64,000 nt of DNA from the IMG/VR virus record IMGVR_UViG_3300048033_000857, positions 19,338 through 83,337 of that record; one strand, 5' to 3'. The notes below the pieces were generated by a model that saw nothing but the letters and a program-made list of their open reading frames with translations, ran no database searches and was not told the DNA's origin. The stretch comes from a virus. Both the position numbers and the translations under genes were made by a program. Below are positions 18,434 through 26,542 of this stretch, in pieces; positions within the stretch are counted from its first letter, which is position 1; each line of letters begins with the position of its first letter.

Positions 18434-18625
18434 AAAAAAAAGCCCTAGCATTGGACGAGGGCACATCCTGCTAGGGCTTAGTCTAGGAAGCAGAGCGTGA
18501 GGGCATACGCTGTTCCACTACCTTAGTTACCTTGCAGCTCTAATGGGCTGCTTCGGTGTACACACACTCGGACGAGGGCTGTCCTCCTGTGTGTTCGAAC
18601 TAGCACGAGGGCACATGCTAGTTCT
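18434..18625 (-). ncRNA. putative multi-hairpin sRNA with four GCCCUC loops, ending in an intrinsic terminator
   Basis: Stem-loops 18440-18479, 18486-18516, 18560-18594 and 18597-18624, each with GAGGGC (plus) / GCCCUC (minus) in the loop; A8 at 18434-18441 gives a U-tract on the minus strand. Confidence 0.7.
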
Positions 18626-18640
18626 ACAGTATGCGGAGCT

Positions 18641-19642
18641 CTATGCTCGACGCATCACTGTATTCTCTGCCATTGCTTCCCACTTGGTAGGGAACGCTTC
18701 GGCTAAGTCTGCTACCTTGAGCACTGTACGCAAGCTCAGTTCGCGCAGACGATTTTTATTAATATCTACAAAGTCCATGATGTCCTCTTTGACTTCATCA
18801 TCAATCTTGCGATCGTCTAACATACCATCCGACACCACTTGCTTGATGCGCAGTACTTTGTCCTTGTCCGTATCGATAGTCAAGTCCATGTAGTGGCAAC
18901 GGCTCTCTAGCGCACTCAAGTGCTCACGCAGTTTGCCTTTGACTTTGTCGAACTTCAAGTTGGTAATGAAGATCGCACTTGCTTCGAACTTAAACTTGTC
19001 CGGCACACCTTCGTTGCGCAATTTGAAGCTGTCGGTGTTCCAATGGATCCAACGATTCTTCTTTGAGTCTAGTGCTGCTTTCAAAATATTAAGGCTTAGA
19101 TCATCTTGGAAGATGCTGTCACAGTCATCGAACACAACAACCTTGCCTTTGTCTGCCATGTTAAACAGTTTGCAGTAGAGTCCAATTGGGCTCATCGCAC
19201 CTTTGATCACTTCGTGTGTCTTGCCTGCACCCAGTGTCTCCATCATAGCATAGCGTTCTAGTACTTCTTCTACACCGTGGCTCTTGCCTACACCCGGAGG
19301 GCCGCTAACGATCATTGCTCGAACGCTGCCTTTCTTGACGGCTTTGGTCATATCTTTGAGCATGTCAAACCGTTCGCGGATGCGCTCTACAATCTCAGCG
19401 TCTGACTCTTCGCGTTCGGTTGTCTCGACATTTGCTCCAACCTGCTCGTAACCCTCCGGGCCAGCAACCTTGATCTTGATGTTGCGATCCGGAAACCCAT
19501 TTACTGCCGCGCCGTCGACAGTTACGTAACCTCCTCGAGCTCCTACTTTGAAACCTTCTACTAGTGGAAAGACCATGCCTGTCATGTCTACATCTTTACC
19601 ACGAATCTTATATGTGCCTTCTGTAATTCTAACGTTTGTCAT
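18641..19642 (-). CDS. AAA+ family ATPase (early)
   Basis: GPPGVGKS Walker A, VVVFDDCD Walker B, FITN, ALESRC arginine finger. Confidence 0.85.
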   Translation of the reverse strand: MTNVRITEGTYKIRGKDVDMTGMVFPLVEGFKVGARGGYVTVDGAAVNGFPDRNIKIKVAGPEGYEQVGANVETTEREESDAEIVERIRERFDMLKDMTKAVKKGSVRAMIVSGPPGVGKSHGVEEVLERYAMMETLGAGKTHEVIKGAMSPIGLYCKLFNMADKGKVVVFDDCDSIFQDDLSLNILKAALDSKKNRWIHWNTDSFKLRNEGVPDKFKFEASAIFITNLKFDKVKGKLREHLSALESRCHYMDLTIDTDKDKVLRIKQVVSDGMLDDRKIDDEVKEDIMDFVDINKNRLRELSLRTVLKVADLAEAFPTKWEAMAENTVMRRA

Positions 19643-19681
19643 ATCGCCCTCTTTGTTTCTAACTATACGTATACTATACTA

Positions 19682-19846
19682 TCAGTTTCGAATCCTGTCA
19701 ACCAAAGATTCGTCTGTTTGTTCAACAATTAATTTAGCACCAGAGTTGATTTGGCTGCGAGCAAAGTCACTCAGCTGCTGAGTCTGCTCAGGGAATGTGG
19801 TCATTGCAGCCACACCAATCACGATACCAATTGCTAGTTTGATCAT
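19682..19846 (-). CDS. small membrane-anchored hypothetical protein
   Basis: MIKLAIGIVIGVAAM hydrophobic N-terminus; GGAGG-like RBS. Confidence 0.65.
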   Translation of the reverse strand: MIKLAIGIVIGVAAMTTFPEQTQQLSDFARSQINSGAKLIVEQTDESLVDRIRN

Positions 19847-19847
19847 C

Positions 19848-20189
19848 TTAAAACTCCTCCGGATAACCACGTGTAACTGAGTTACCACGCTTGGGCGACA
19901 CTACCATCACCTGCTCTTTGAGGAAGTCACGATAGTCTGCATCGTCTGGCAGCTTGCTGATCCACTCAGCTTCTGACTGCCACTCTACTGGAAACTCCTT
20001 AGCACCAATGCCATTCTCCATTGCAATTGCTGCAACGAACGCAACAGCATCCTGGATGCGATCCAAGTCCTGGACTAGGTAGTCACTGCCACCCTTCATC
20101 TTCCAGTATGCATTGCCTGAGGAGAACTTACCGTCCTCGCAGTGTGCGCCGTAGTTTTCAAGGAACTGTGTTGTGATTACGAAATTCAT
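19848..20189 (-). CDS. early hypothetical protein
   Basis: TQFLENYGAH...YWKMKGGSDY motif typical of T4-like phage hypotheticals. Confidence 0.75.
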   Translation of the reverse strand: MNFVITTQFLENYGAHCEDGKFSSGNAYWKMKGGSDYLVQDLDRIQDAVAFVAAIAMENGIGAKEFPVEWQSEAEWISKLPDDADYRDFLKEQVMVVSPKRGNSVTRGYPEEF

Positions 20190-20236
20190 TTGCAAACCCT
20201 CTTGCTGTTGCCCTAACTGTTATATACAGTATATGA

Positions 20237-20512
20237 TCACTTGCGCTCGATGTCAACCTTTTTCTGCATGAATTTGGAAATTAATTCCATGTCAGCTTCG
20301 GAGAAGTCGTTGCGGCCTGTGCCAAATGGAGCACCATAATGAGTGAGTGCATTGCCTACATGGCTTAGATCGTTGAGTGTACGCAAGCCGTTATCCGTTA
20401 CACCTTTGAGTCCGTGGATCTTACCGTACTCTTCGGAGAAGTCCATCATCTCGCGTCCAATGGAGATCAGTTTGCGTTCTTGTGCTGTTGCTTCGTAGAA
20501 TGATTGTGCCAT
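20237..20512 (-). CDS. early hypothetical protein
   Basis: MAQSFYE start with GAGGGC RBS; similar to part of 50549-50998. Confidence 0.75.
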   Translation of the reverse strand: MAQSFYEATAQERKLISIGREMMDFSEEYGKIHGLKGVTDNGLRTLNDLSHVGNALTHYGAPFGTGRNDFSEADMELISKFMQKKVDIERK

Positions 20513-20619
20513 GTTTGCCCTCGTTTGTTTAATTGTTATATACAGTATACGCTCACTTAGAACGTTTGTCAACCCCTAATTTGGGAGTCCGCTCCAATCA
20601 TCACATGGATCATCATACA

Positions 20620-20907
20620 TTATGCTGGCTCCTCTTCACCAAAGGTTGCATCATCTAACTCGGCCAACTCTTCTACTTCACGACCTTCTGCGAACAACAA
20701 CAACTCTACAGCCAACATCCGTGCTTGGTGCTTGGTCAACTCTATGTGATTGTGAAAGCCATCTGATGTAGTAGGTTTCTGGAAGCCTCGTGGTTTGCGT
20801 TGAGTTATCTGTATGCAAGTCAATCGATCCTTGCCACCCCAGAAGCGAGTCTGAGTCAATTCGTTCTGTGCTACACAGTCTGGGACGTTTCTTAATTCTG
20901 TTGACAT
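20620..20907 (-). CDS. early hypothetical protein
   Basis: promoter plus GAGGGC RBS. Confidence 0.75.
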   Translation of the reverse strand: MSTELRNVPDCVAQNELTQTRFWGGKDRLTCIQITQRKPRGFQKPTTSDGFHNHIELTKHQARMLAVELLLFAEGREVEELAELDDATFGEEEPA

Positions 20908-20978
20908 TTGGATTGCCCTCCTAATTTCTAACTATACATACAGTATATGATCTAAAGTTGAGTTTGTCAACCCCTAAT

Positions 20979-21176
20979 TTAATCTAAATCACATTCCCAC
21001 ACATCATTGCGGAACTGTGCTCGCAGCGCACCTAGCGGATAGTCTGCGTGTTCGAACAGCATGTAAGGTGCACCATCATAGTCCAACTTGATTGTGTGTA
21101 CAGTGACTTCGTCCATTGGCAACCACTTTGGTGCTTCGATGCTTCCGTTGTATGCTGAGTTGAATACTTTGATCAT
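20979..21176 (-). CDS. early hypothetical protein
   Basis: promoter plus GAGGGC RBS. Confidence 0.7.
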   Translation of the reverse strand: MIKVFNSAYNGSIEAPKWLPMDEVTVHTIKLDYDGAPYMLFEHADYPLGALRAQFRNDVWECDLD

Positions 21177-21242
21177 TGGATGCCCTCCATTGCTTCTAAC
21201 TATACATACACTATAGCACAGGATTCTTTACCTGTCAACCGA

Positions 21243-21315
21243 AAAAGTACGGGGAGGAGCAATTAATTCTCCTACGATGAGGGCGGTCGCTTAGAGTATG
21301 CTACCACTCCCCGTA
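21243..21315 (-). ncRNA. putative small structured RNA downstream of the tRNA cluster, with one GCCCUC loop
   Basis: 9-bp closing stem TACGGGGAG/CTCCCCGTA, internal hairpins, GAGGGC at 21279-21284, short U-tract. Confidence 0.45.
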
Positions 21316-21318
21316 TTC

Positions 21319-21402
21319 TGGTGCCGCCACCGAGACTCGAACTCGGACGCCATAAGCGAGGGATTTTAAGTCCCTTGTGTCTACCTATTCCACCATGGCG
21401 GC
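21319..21402 (-). tRNA. tRNA-Leu(UAA)
   Basis: GCCGCCA acceptor, GGTGGAATAGGTAGACAC D-arm, AGGGA-CTTAAAA-TCCCT anticodon arm, long variable arm, GTTCGAGT, encoded CCA. Confidence 0.95.
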
Positions 21403-21507
21403 TTATGTCCACGCCAACCCCGGGCAAATCTATTAATAGTCCCAGAGCCTGACAGTCGCTATGTGATCTCCTACCTCAGCGTAATCGGTAAGGAACGCTG
21501 TCGTTGT

Positions 21508-21584
21508 TGGCCTGCCCTGCAGGATTCGAACCTGCGACCCACAGCTTAGAAGGCTGTTGCTCTATCCAGCTGAGCTAAGGGCAG
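21508..21584 (-). tRNA. tRNA-Arg(UCU)
   Basis: CTGCCCT acceptor, TAGCTCAGCTGGATAGAGC, ACAGC-CTTCTAA-GCTGT, GGTTCGAATCC, CCA. Confidence 0.95.
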
Positions 21585-21589
21585 TTATT

Positions 21590-21666
21590 TGGTGGGCCCT
21601 CCGAGACTCGAACTCGGAACCTACGGATTATGAGTCCGGTGCTCTAACCAATTGAGCTAAGAGCCC
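21590..21666 (-). tRNA. tRNA with CAU anticodon (likely Ile2/lysidine type, possibly elongator Met)
   Basis: GGGCTCT acceptor paired at 1-72, CTCATAA loop, GTTCGAGT, ACCA end; lacks initiator features. Confidence 0.88.
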
Positions 21667-21674
21667 TTAGGATC

Positions 21675-21845
21675 TTACGATCCTGAAAAAGCAAACTCCT
21701 CTTGTATATCAGATTCAAACTGAGCAACCTTTTGCTCTGCTTCTTCGATCATGCCTAGCAAGATAACATCTGCTAGGTCTGTGTTGTTGTGTATAATGCG
21801 GCGAACGCCTTCAAGTCTTTCGATCAGTTGTAGTTGGTCTACCAT
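21675..21845 (-). CDS. small early hypothetical protein (56 aa)
   Basis: MVDQLQLIERLEGVRRIIHNN..., GAGGGA RBS and promoter. Confidence 0.65.
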   Translation of the reverse strand: MVDQLQLIERLEGVRRIIHNNTDLADVILLGMIEEAEQKVAQFESDIQEEFAFSGS

Positions 21846-21914
21846 TCTGTTTCCCTCTTCGTTTCAACTTATATACAGTATGCACTCGAAAGCGCATACT
21901 GTCAACCATTATTT

Positions 21915-22397
21915 TTAGATATCGTAGCCTTGTGCCTTCAAGCGAGCCACTTCAAGTGTTACCTGAGTCTCCAAGTCGTCGAAGATTGGAAAGCCGTTTG
22001 CATCGTTGCCTACGTTATAACGATCGTGTACAATCCAACCTGCTGCGGTGTGCAGGTAAAAGTATTCGCATCCGCTGTCTGTGTAGTATTCAACCATCTC
22101 CTGCACAGTGTCAAACTCTTGTGCGTCTACACGAGTCTCGCCACGGTCACGTCCGTAAAATACAGTAACGCCTTCTTCCGGAGTGTCAAAGCTGTGTCCG
22201 CTGCCTGGCATTGGAAAAATTTCTTCTGCCATGTAGCTCTGATCGCCTAGCTCTACCATCTGCGCAATCTTGCGAGCCTGTTGGTAGTGCTCTTGCAGCG
22301 TACGGCCTGCGCCTACTACATAGCCATCATAGTGTGAATATTTTGCACGGATCTTGCCTTCTGGTGTTTTGTAACCAATTGCAGCTCTAGTTCCCAT
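21915..22397 (-). CDS. early hypothetical protein
   Basis: MGTRAAIG...YSHYDGY...CEYFYL motif common in phage early proteins. Confidence 0.8.
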   Translation of the reverse strand: MGTRAAIGYKTPEGKIRAKYSHYDGYVVGAGRTLQEHYQQARKIAQMVELGDQSYMAEEIFPMPGSGHSFDTPEEGVTVFYGRDRGETRVDAQEFDTVQEMVEYYTDSGCEYFYLHTAAGWIVHDRYNVGNDANGFPIFDDLETQVTLEVARLKAQGYDI

Positions 22398-22443
22398 TGT
22401 AGTACCCTCTTTGCTAATTTATATATACACTATAACACAGCTC

Positions 22444-22653
22444 TTAGACTGTGTCAACCTCTTTTTCATACATTTCTACAGTTTCTTCAAACTGCTCTGC
22501 AAGCGAACGCAAGCTCATCATCGCAAACTCTTCTGTGATGCTGCCCGCTTCTGCTTCGTCTAGTGTCCGGATGCGTTCTGCCATCATCTCTGCGATTGCT
22601 TTATAGCTGCCACATTCACGTGCTGTCTTCATGCTGTGATCAATAAATGTCAT
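22444..22653 (-). CDS. early hypothetical protein
   Basis: promoter plus GAGGGC. Confidence 0.7.
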   Translation of the reverse strand: MTFIDHSMKTARECGSYKAIAEMMAERIRTLDEAEAGSITEEFAMMSLRSLAEQFEETVEMYEKEVDTV

Positions 22654-22716
22654 TGTGTTGCCCTCTTTGCTAATTTATATATACAGTATATGATCTAACT
22701 GCGGGGTTGTCAACCC

Positions 22717-22995
22717 CTAATTTGCATATTCACGATTCTTTTTGAGCTGCCACTTCTCTAGCACAGGCAAGCCAAACTCGTCCTCGTCTACGCAGACATA
22801 TGCCACAGTCTTCTTGACAATACCGTAACGGTAGCCTCGCATGCCGCACACGCCTTCGCCGCCTACCCAAACCTTGTGTGGGAAGTCTTCGCACATGCTG
22901 ATCGGATCGTCGTTGACACTATACTCGAAATAGTTGCCGGTGTCCCGCTCTACGAAACAACCTATTGGATCTTTGGTGTGTGTCCAGTATGCCAT
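22717..22995 (-). CDS. early hypothetical protein
   Basis: 92-aa ORF coupled to the upstream small ORF. Confidence 0.7.
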   Translation of the reverse strand: MAYWTHTKDPIGCFVERDTGNYFEYSVNDDPISMCEDFPHKVWVGGEGVCGMRGYRYGIVKKTVAYVCVDEDEFGLPVLEKWQLKKNREYAN

Positions 22996-23102
22996 TACTT
23001 GTGCCCTTTCAACAGTGCGTGAATCAGTTTGGCTTCTTTGCCTTTGATGCGAGGATCTTTTTTGATCGCTTCATCTACTGCTTTCTTGTTGTAAGTTGCC
23101 AT
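22995..23102 (-). CDS. small basic early protein (35 aa)
   Basis: MATYNKKAVDEAIKKDPRIKGKEAKLIHALLKGHK, GAGGGC RBS and promoter. Confidence 0.65.
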   Translation of the reverse strand: MATYNKKAVDEAIKKDPRIKGKEAKLIHALLKGHK

Positions 23103-23159
23103 TGGAGCCCTCCGTTTGCCTAACTGTTAATAATACTATAACACCGAAGGGCTCACTTG

Positions 23160-23333
23160 TCAACCTTTTTCTGCGATTTTTCTTCCGATCATGCTGAGTA
23201 GTAGACTGCGAGCAAGATCAACACGACCACAATCGATCTGACGCAACACTGCTTCAAGACTCTCCTGACTGGTGTCATAGCCACCTGCGTTAGGTTCAAC
23301 TGCCCACAGCATAGGGTTCTCTGGTTTACTCAT
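23160..23333 (-). CDS. small early hypothetical protein
   Basis: MSKPENP start overlapping the upstream gene end. Confidence 0.6.
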   Translation of the reverse strand: MSKPENPMLWAVEPNAGGYDTSQESLEAVLRQIDCGRVDLARSLLLSMIGRKIAEKG

Positions 23334-23871
23334 CTGCCATTTCTTCTTCTTTCCACATCTCGAAGTTCTCAACCAGAGCATACTCTTCGTCTAGGCGATT
23401 AAACAAGTCCGAACGCTCGTCTTCTGGCAGCTCGCATTGCTCTGTGAGGTTGTCGCAGTATTCGTCGCCACCTTCGCTATGCCAAAAGCCTGCAAAGTCC
23501 ATACCAGGCTCGTGATAACTTGCCTGGATGTCACAGTTATCCATATCGTCACAGAACTGCTCGTAAGCACCAATAGGCGGAGCCCATGCACTGTCAAACC
23601 AACCAGTGATCTCGGCTGTTCCGTCTTCGTTGTCGATATACTCCAATCCTTCGTCGGAGACATCCCACTTGGTGCCCCAACTGTTGACTCGCCACGAATA
23701 CCAATCTGGACCGTCTGGGTTAGGAGCAGTTGTGCCTTCTAGCTCTTTAGGCATAGGCGCCATTGCATTGAGTAGACCAAAGTCCTCGCCTACGTGAGCA
23801 TCGTCCCACAGTTGCTTGATGGTCTCAGTTGGACCGGAGATTGTGATTGAGTTGTTGCACCAATTTGGCAT
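23326..23871 (-). CDS. DUF1281/YubB ferredoxin-like family protein
   Basis: MPNWCNN, WYSWRVNSWGTKWD, FDSAWAPP, EPGMDFAG. Confidence 0.8.
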   Translation of the reverse strand: MPNWCNNSITISGPTETIKQLWDDAHVGEDFGLLNAMAPMPKELEGTTAPNPDGPDWYSWRVNSWGTKWDVSDEGLEYIDNEDGTAEITGWFDSAWAPPIGAYEQFCDDMDNCDIQASYHEPGMDFAGFWHSEGGDEYCDNLTEQCELPEDERSDLFNRLDEEYALVENFEMWKEEEMADE

Positions 23872-23885
23872 AGTAGTTCTCCCTC

Positions 23886-24068
23886 TTAGTATTCGTCGAT
23901 TAAAAATGCGTCTTCGTCTTCCTGGAAGCGTTCGGAAAGCTCGTTTGCGTCTAGCATGTCTTCAACTTCGTCTGTTGACATATACTTGAGTGCCATAGTC
24001 AGCATGTCTTCTGCTGATACTAGGCCTTCTTCTACCAATGCTAGTGCTGCGTCTCTTGAATCAAACAT
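23886..24068 (-). CDS. small acidic early protein
   Basis: LKYMSTDEVEDMLDANEL; promoter plus GAGGGC. Confidence 0.75.
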   Translation of the reverse strand: MFDSRDAALALVEEGLVSAEDMLTMALKYMSTDEVEDMLDANELSERFQEDEDAFLIDEY

Positions 24069-24219
24069 ATTGTTGCCCTCTTTTGTTTAACTTATACATA
24101 CACTATAGCACGGGTGTATGCAGTTGTCAACCCCTAAATTAAACTTTTTTAAAGTGTGTTACAGCGGGGCCTGCGGGTGTGCGCACTATAGCACAGTGTG
24201 CGCTATAGTGCAAGTTTTT

Positions 24220-24492
24220 TTAACTTTCGTATTTTACTCCTACTAAGCGCAAATAGCGTCCTCCAAATGTAGTATGCACTTTGTCACATCCTACTAGCAG
24301 CTTTAACCATTTGCAGTCACCTTCTGTAAAACGTTCTCCTACAATACCAAAGCACAAGTTGCGTTTAGCTGCATCCTTAGCATTGTCTTTCCAAACTACG
24401 TTAGTCCAACTGTTCCAAAAACTAGCATTCTTTTCTGCTAGTACAGTTGCAACCAATTTACGTGCTTGTTTAGTGTTTAGTTCATAGCGCAT
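24220..24492 (-). CDS. early hypothetical protein (GA/GG-depleted island)
   Basis: GAGGGC RBS and promoter; no prolines. Confidence 0.75.
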   Translation of the reverse strand: MRYELNTKQARKLVATVLAEKNASFWNSWTNVVWKDNAKDAAKRNLCFGIVGERFTEGDCKWLKLLVGCDKVHTTFGGRYLRLVGVKYES

Positions 24493-24568
24493 ATAAAGCC
24501 CTCCATATGCTGTTACGTTATACAAGCACTATAGCATAAACTACAGTGCTTGTCAAGTGTTTTTTAAA

Positions 24569-24922
24569 TTATGTTTCTAAGCTAGCAACTCCGTCGTCTT
24601 GCATGCCTTGCTCCGTAAATGTTACGTCAAAGCCTAGCGCAACACTTATGCTCTCCTCAAAGCCATCGTCTGTGTATATGCGCCAATCGCCTGTGCCGTT
24701 TGCGTTGTGCTCCACATAAATCATTGTGCTAGTGTCGCCATCCTCATATGTCATCTCATGTACTTCCACAGCACTAACACCTACACGCAAGTCACCTGCA
24801 TATCCCCATATGCTGCTGCCGTTGCACTCCGCAAAGCCGTTTGCGTCCCAACGTGTTACAACACAGCTATAGTCTTCGTCTGCGTGTGTTGTACGTGTTG
24901 TTTTGTTTTTTAATGTAAGCAT
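24569..24922 (-). CDS. acidic early hypothetical protein (GA/GG-depleted island)
   Basis: WRIYTDDGFE...TEQGMQ motif; GAGGGC RBS; no prolines. Confidence 0.78.
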   Translation of the reverse strand: MLTLKNKTTRTTHADEDYSCVVTRWDANGFAECNGSSIWGYAGDLRVGVSAVEVHEMTYEDGDTSTMIYVEHNANGTGDWRIYTDDGFEESISVALGFDVTFTEQGMQDDGVASLET

Positions 24923-25014
24923 AGTTTGCCCTCTTTGCTTTGTTAACTTATACATACACTATAGCACAAGTGTGCGCTGCTGTCAACTAAAAAATGCTAA
25001 CAGCAGCAACTTTT

Positions 25015-25365
25015 TTATGCAGCAAGCGCACTAGTATACTTTGCATAGTTGTTGCGTAGTTTAGCATACTGCGGATAAGCTGCGTCTGCTTGCTGCTGTA
25101 GCTTAAACAATAGCACACTGTTAGCACTAGTGCATGTGTAGTTGGGATAGCTTTTAGCTAAGTGTATAAACTGTTTAGCGGGCACACTTGTTAGCTGCAC
25201 TGTGCTTGCATGCACACGGTAGTCGCTTGCTATGCTTGCGTTAGCAAACAAATACATAGTTACGTTTAGCATGTTAGTGTTTTTGTTTACGCTTTTAACT
25301 AGTGCTAAACGCTGTGTGTTTTTATAGTTTACTAGTACTACGCTGTTACGTTTAATGTTTTGCAT
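25015..25365 (-). CDS. early hypothetical protein lacking Glu, Gly and Trp
   Basis: MQNIKRNSVV..., GAGGGC RBS, TTTACA-type promoter. Confidence 0.7.
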   Translation of the reverse strand: MQNIKRNSVVLVNYKNTQRLALVKSVNKNTNMLNVTMYLFANASIASDYRVHASTVQLTSVPAKQFIHLAKSYPNYTCTSANSVLLFKLQQQADAAYPQYAKLRNNYAKYTSALAA

Positions 25366-25457
25366 ATTATAGCCCTCTATGCTGTTAACGTTATATAAAC
25401 AATATAGCACAAGCAGCGCACTTTGTAAAGTAAAAAATGCGCTGCTGTGTAAGTTTT

Positions 25458-25721
25458 TTATGCTAGTGCTTCAAATGCTTCATCTATTATATTATGCGCA
25501 CTTGCGTCACTTGCAAAGCCCTCTTCTTCTGCAAAATCTATGCTGCTGCTACACATAATAACGTCTGTAAGCACATTAACGTTATGTGTTAAAAACACTT
25601 GCACAAGTGCGTCTGCTGTTTGTACGTCTGTTGCTACAACTGTGTTATTTACAGTTACAACAATTGCAGCGTTGCAAGCGTTTAAAAATACGTTGTTTGT
25701 TTTTGTAGTTGTGTTTTGCAT
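25458..25721 (-). CDS. early hypothetical protein
   Basis: MQNTTTK..., CSSSIDFAEEEGF; same leader as its neighbours. Confidence 0.75.
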   Translation of the reverse strand: MQNTTTKTNNVFLNACNAAIVVTVNNTVVATDVQTADALVQVFLTHNVNVLTDVIMCSSSIDFAEEEGFASDASAHNIIDEAFEALA

Positions 25722-25801
25722 ATTATAGCCCTCTATGCTTGTTAACTTATACATACACTATAGCATTAAAAGTGTAGTTTGTAAAGAGAAAAGTTTTGTT
25801 T

Positions 25802-25843
25802 AAAAACAAGCACTTAGCATTTTTCTTGTAAGTGCTTGTTTTT
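25802..25843. repeat. perfect 15-bp inverted repeat of an IHF-box-like sequence
   Basis: AAAAACAAGCACTTA-12nt-TAAGTGCTTGTTTTT. Confidence 0.8.
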
Positions 25844-25848
25844 GTTAG

Positions 25849-26016
25849 TTAAATTTCCTCTAAGCAGCGTTCTACTGTGTCTACTACAACGTAAGCGTCT
25901 GCTGCTGCGTTAAGCAGTACTAGTGCTTTTTGTGCTTCTTCAAATGTAGCAAAAGCACTAGCAACGCCTGTTGTTAAGTTACAAATAAAGTACGGAAAGT
26001 TTACAACGTTTTGCAT
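25849..26016 (-). CDS. small early hypothetical protein (55 aa)
   Basis: MQNVVNFPYFICNLTTGVASAFATFEEA..., GAGGGT RBS and promoter. Confidence 0.65.
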   Translation of the reverse strand: MQNVVNFPYFICNLTTGVASAFATFEEAQKALVLLNAAADAYVVVDTVERCLEEI

Positions 26017-26161
26017 ATTATACCCTCTATGCTGTTTAAGTTATACATACACTATAGCACAAACGGACACAGCTGTCAACTACTAAATGCATTTAAACGA
26101 ACAAAAGAACCCTTTGTTTTCAATAGGTTAGCACCTAAAGATTCCTAACGATATCAAACGG

Positions 26162-26494
26162 TTACATGCTCCAGTATGTCTCGCTGCTAGGTGACATGTA
26201 GTTGGGTGTGTTAACTGGCTCCATAAACTCTTTGCCACCAAACCCCTCTAGCACACGGCGCAGCACTTTCTTCTCTATAGTAGTGTGGAAATAGTCTGCC
26301 TCTGCTATACCATAACGGAACACAGCATGATTCGGATCAGTCTTCAACAACCCCTCTGCCTTTGCAATTCGAGTGACTGCTGCCTTCGCTGCTGCCATTG
26401 TCTTGTAGCTGCAACGGTGATCCGGACGAGCAATACCTGTGCGATCTGGCTTGCCAATAATGTAGGTTGAAGTCTTTTCATATACGTAGTACAT
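26162..26494 (-). CDS. early hypothetical protein
   Basis: YKTMAAAKAAVTR ... NTPNYMSPSSETYWSM. Confidence 0.78.
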   Translation of the reverse strand: MYYVYEKTSTYIIGKPDRTGIARPDHRCSYKTMAAAKAAVTRIAKAEGLLKTDPNHAVFRYGIAEADYFHTTIEKKVLRRVLEGFGGKEFMEPVNTPNYMSPSSETYWSM

Positions 26495-26542
26495 AGTAGT
26501 GCCCTCTTTGTTTCTAACTTATACATACACTATACAGTCATA

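Noticed and set aside
18543-18893. Plus-strand 116-aa ORF across the hairpin region
   Set aside because: Antisense shadow of the ATPase gene with no RBS; the region is better explained as structured RNA
21590-21666. Initiator tRNA-fMet
   Set aside because: Has a paired G1-C72 and lacks three consecutive G-C pairs at the anticodon stem base
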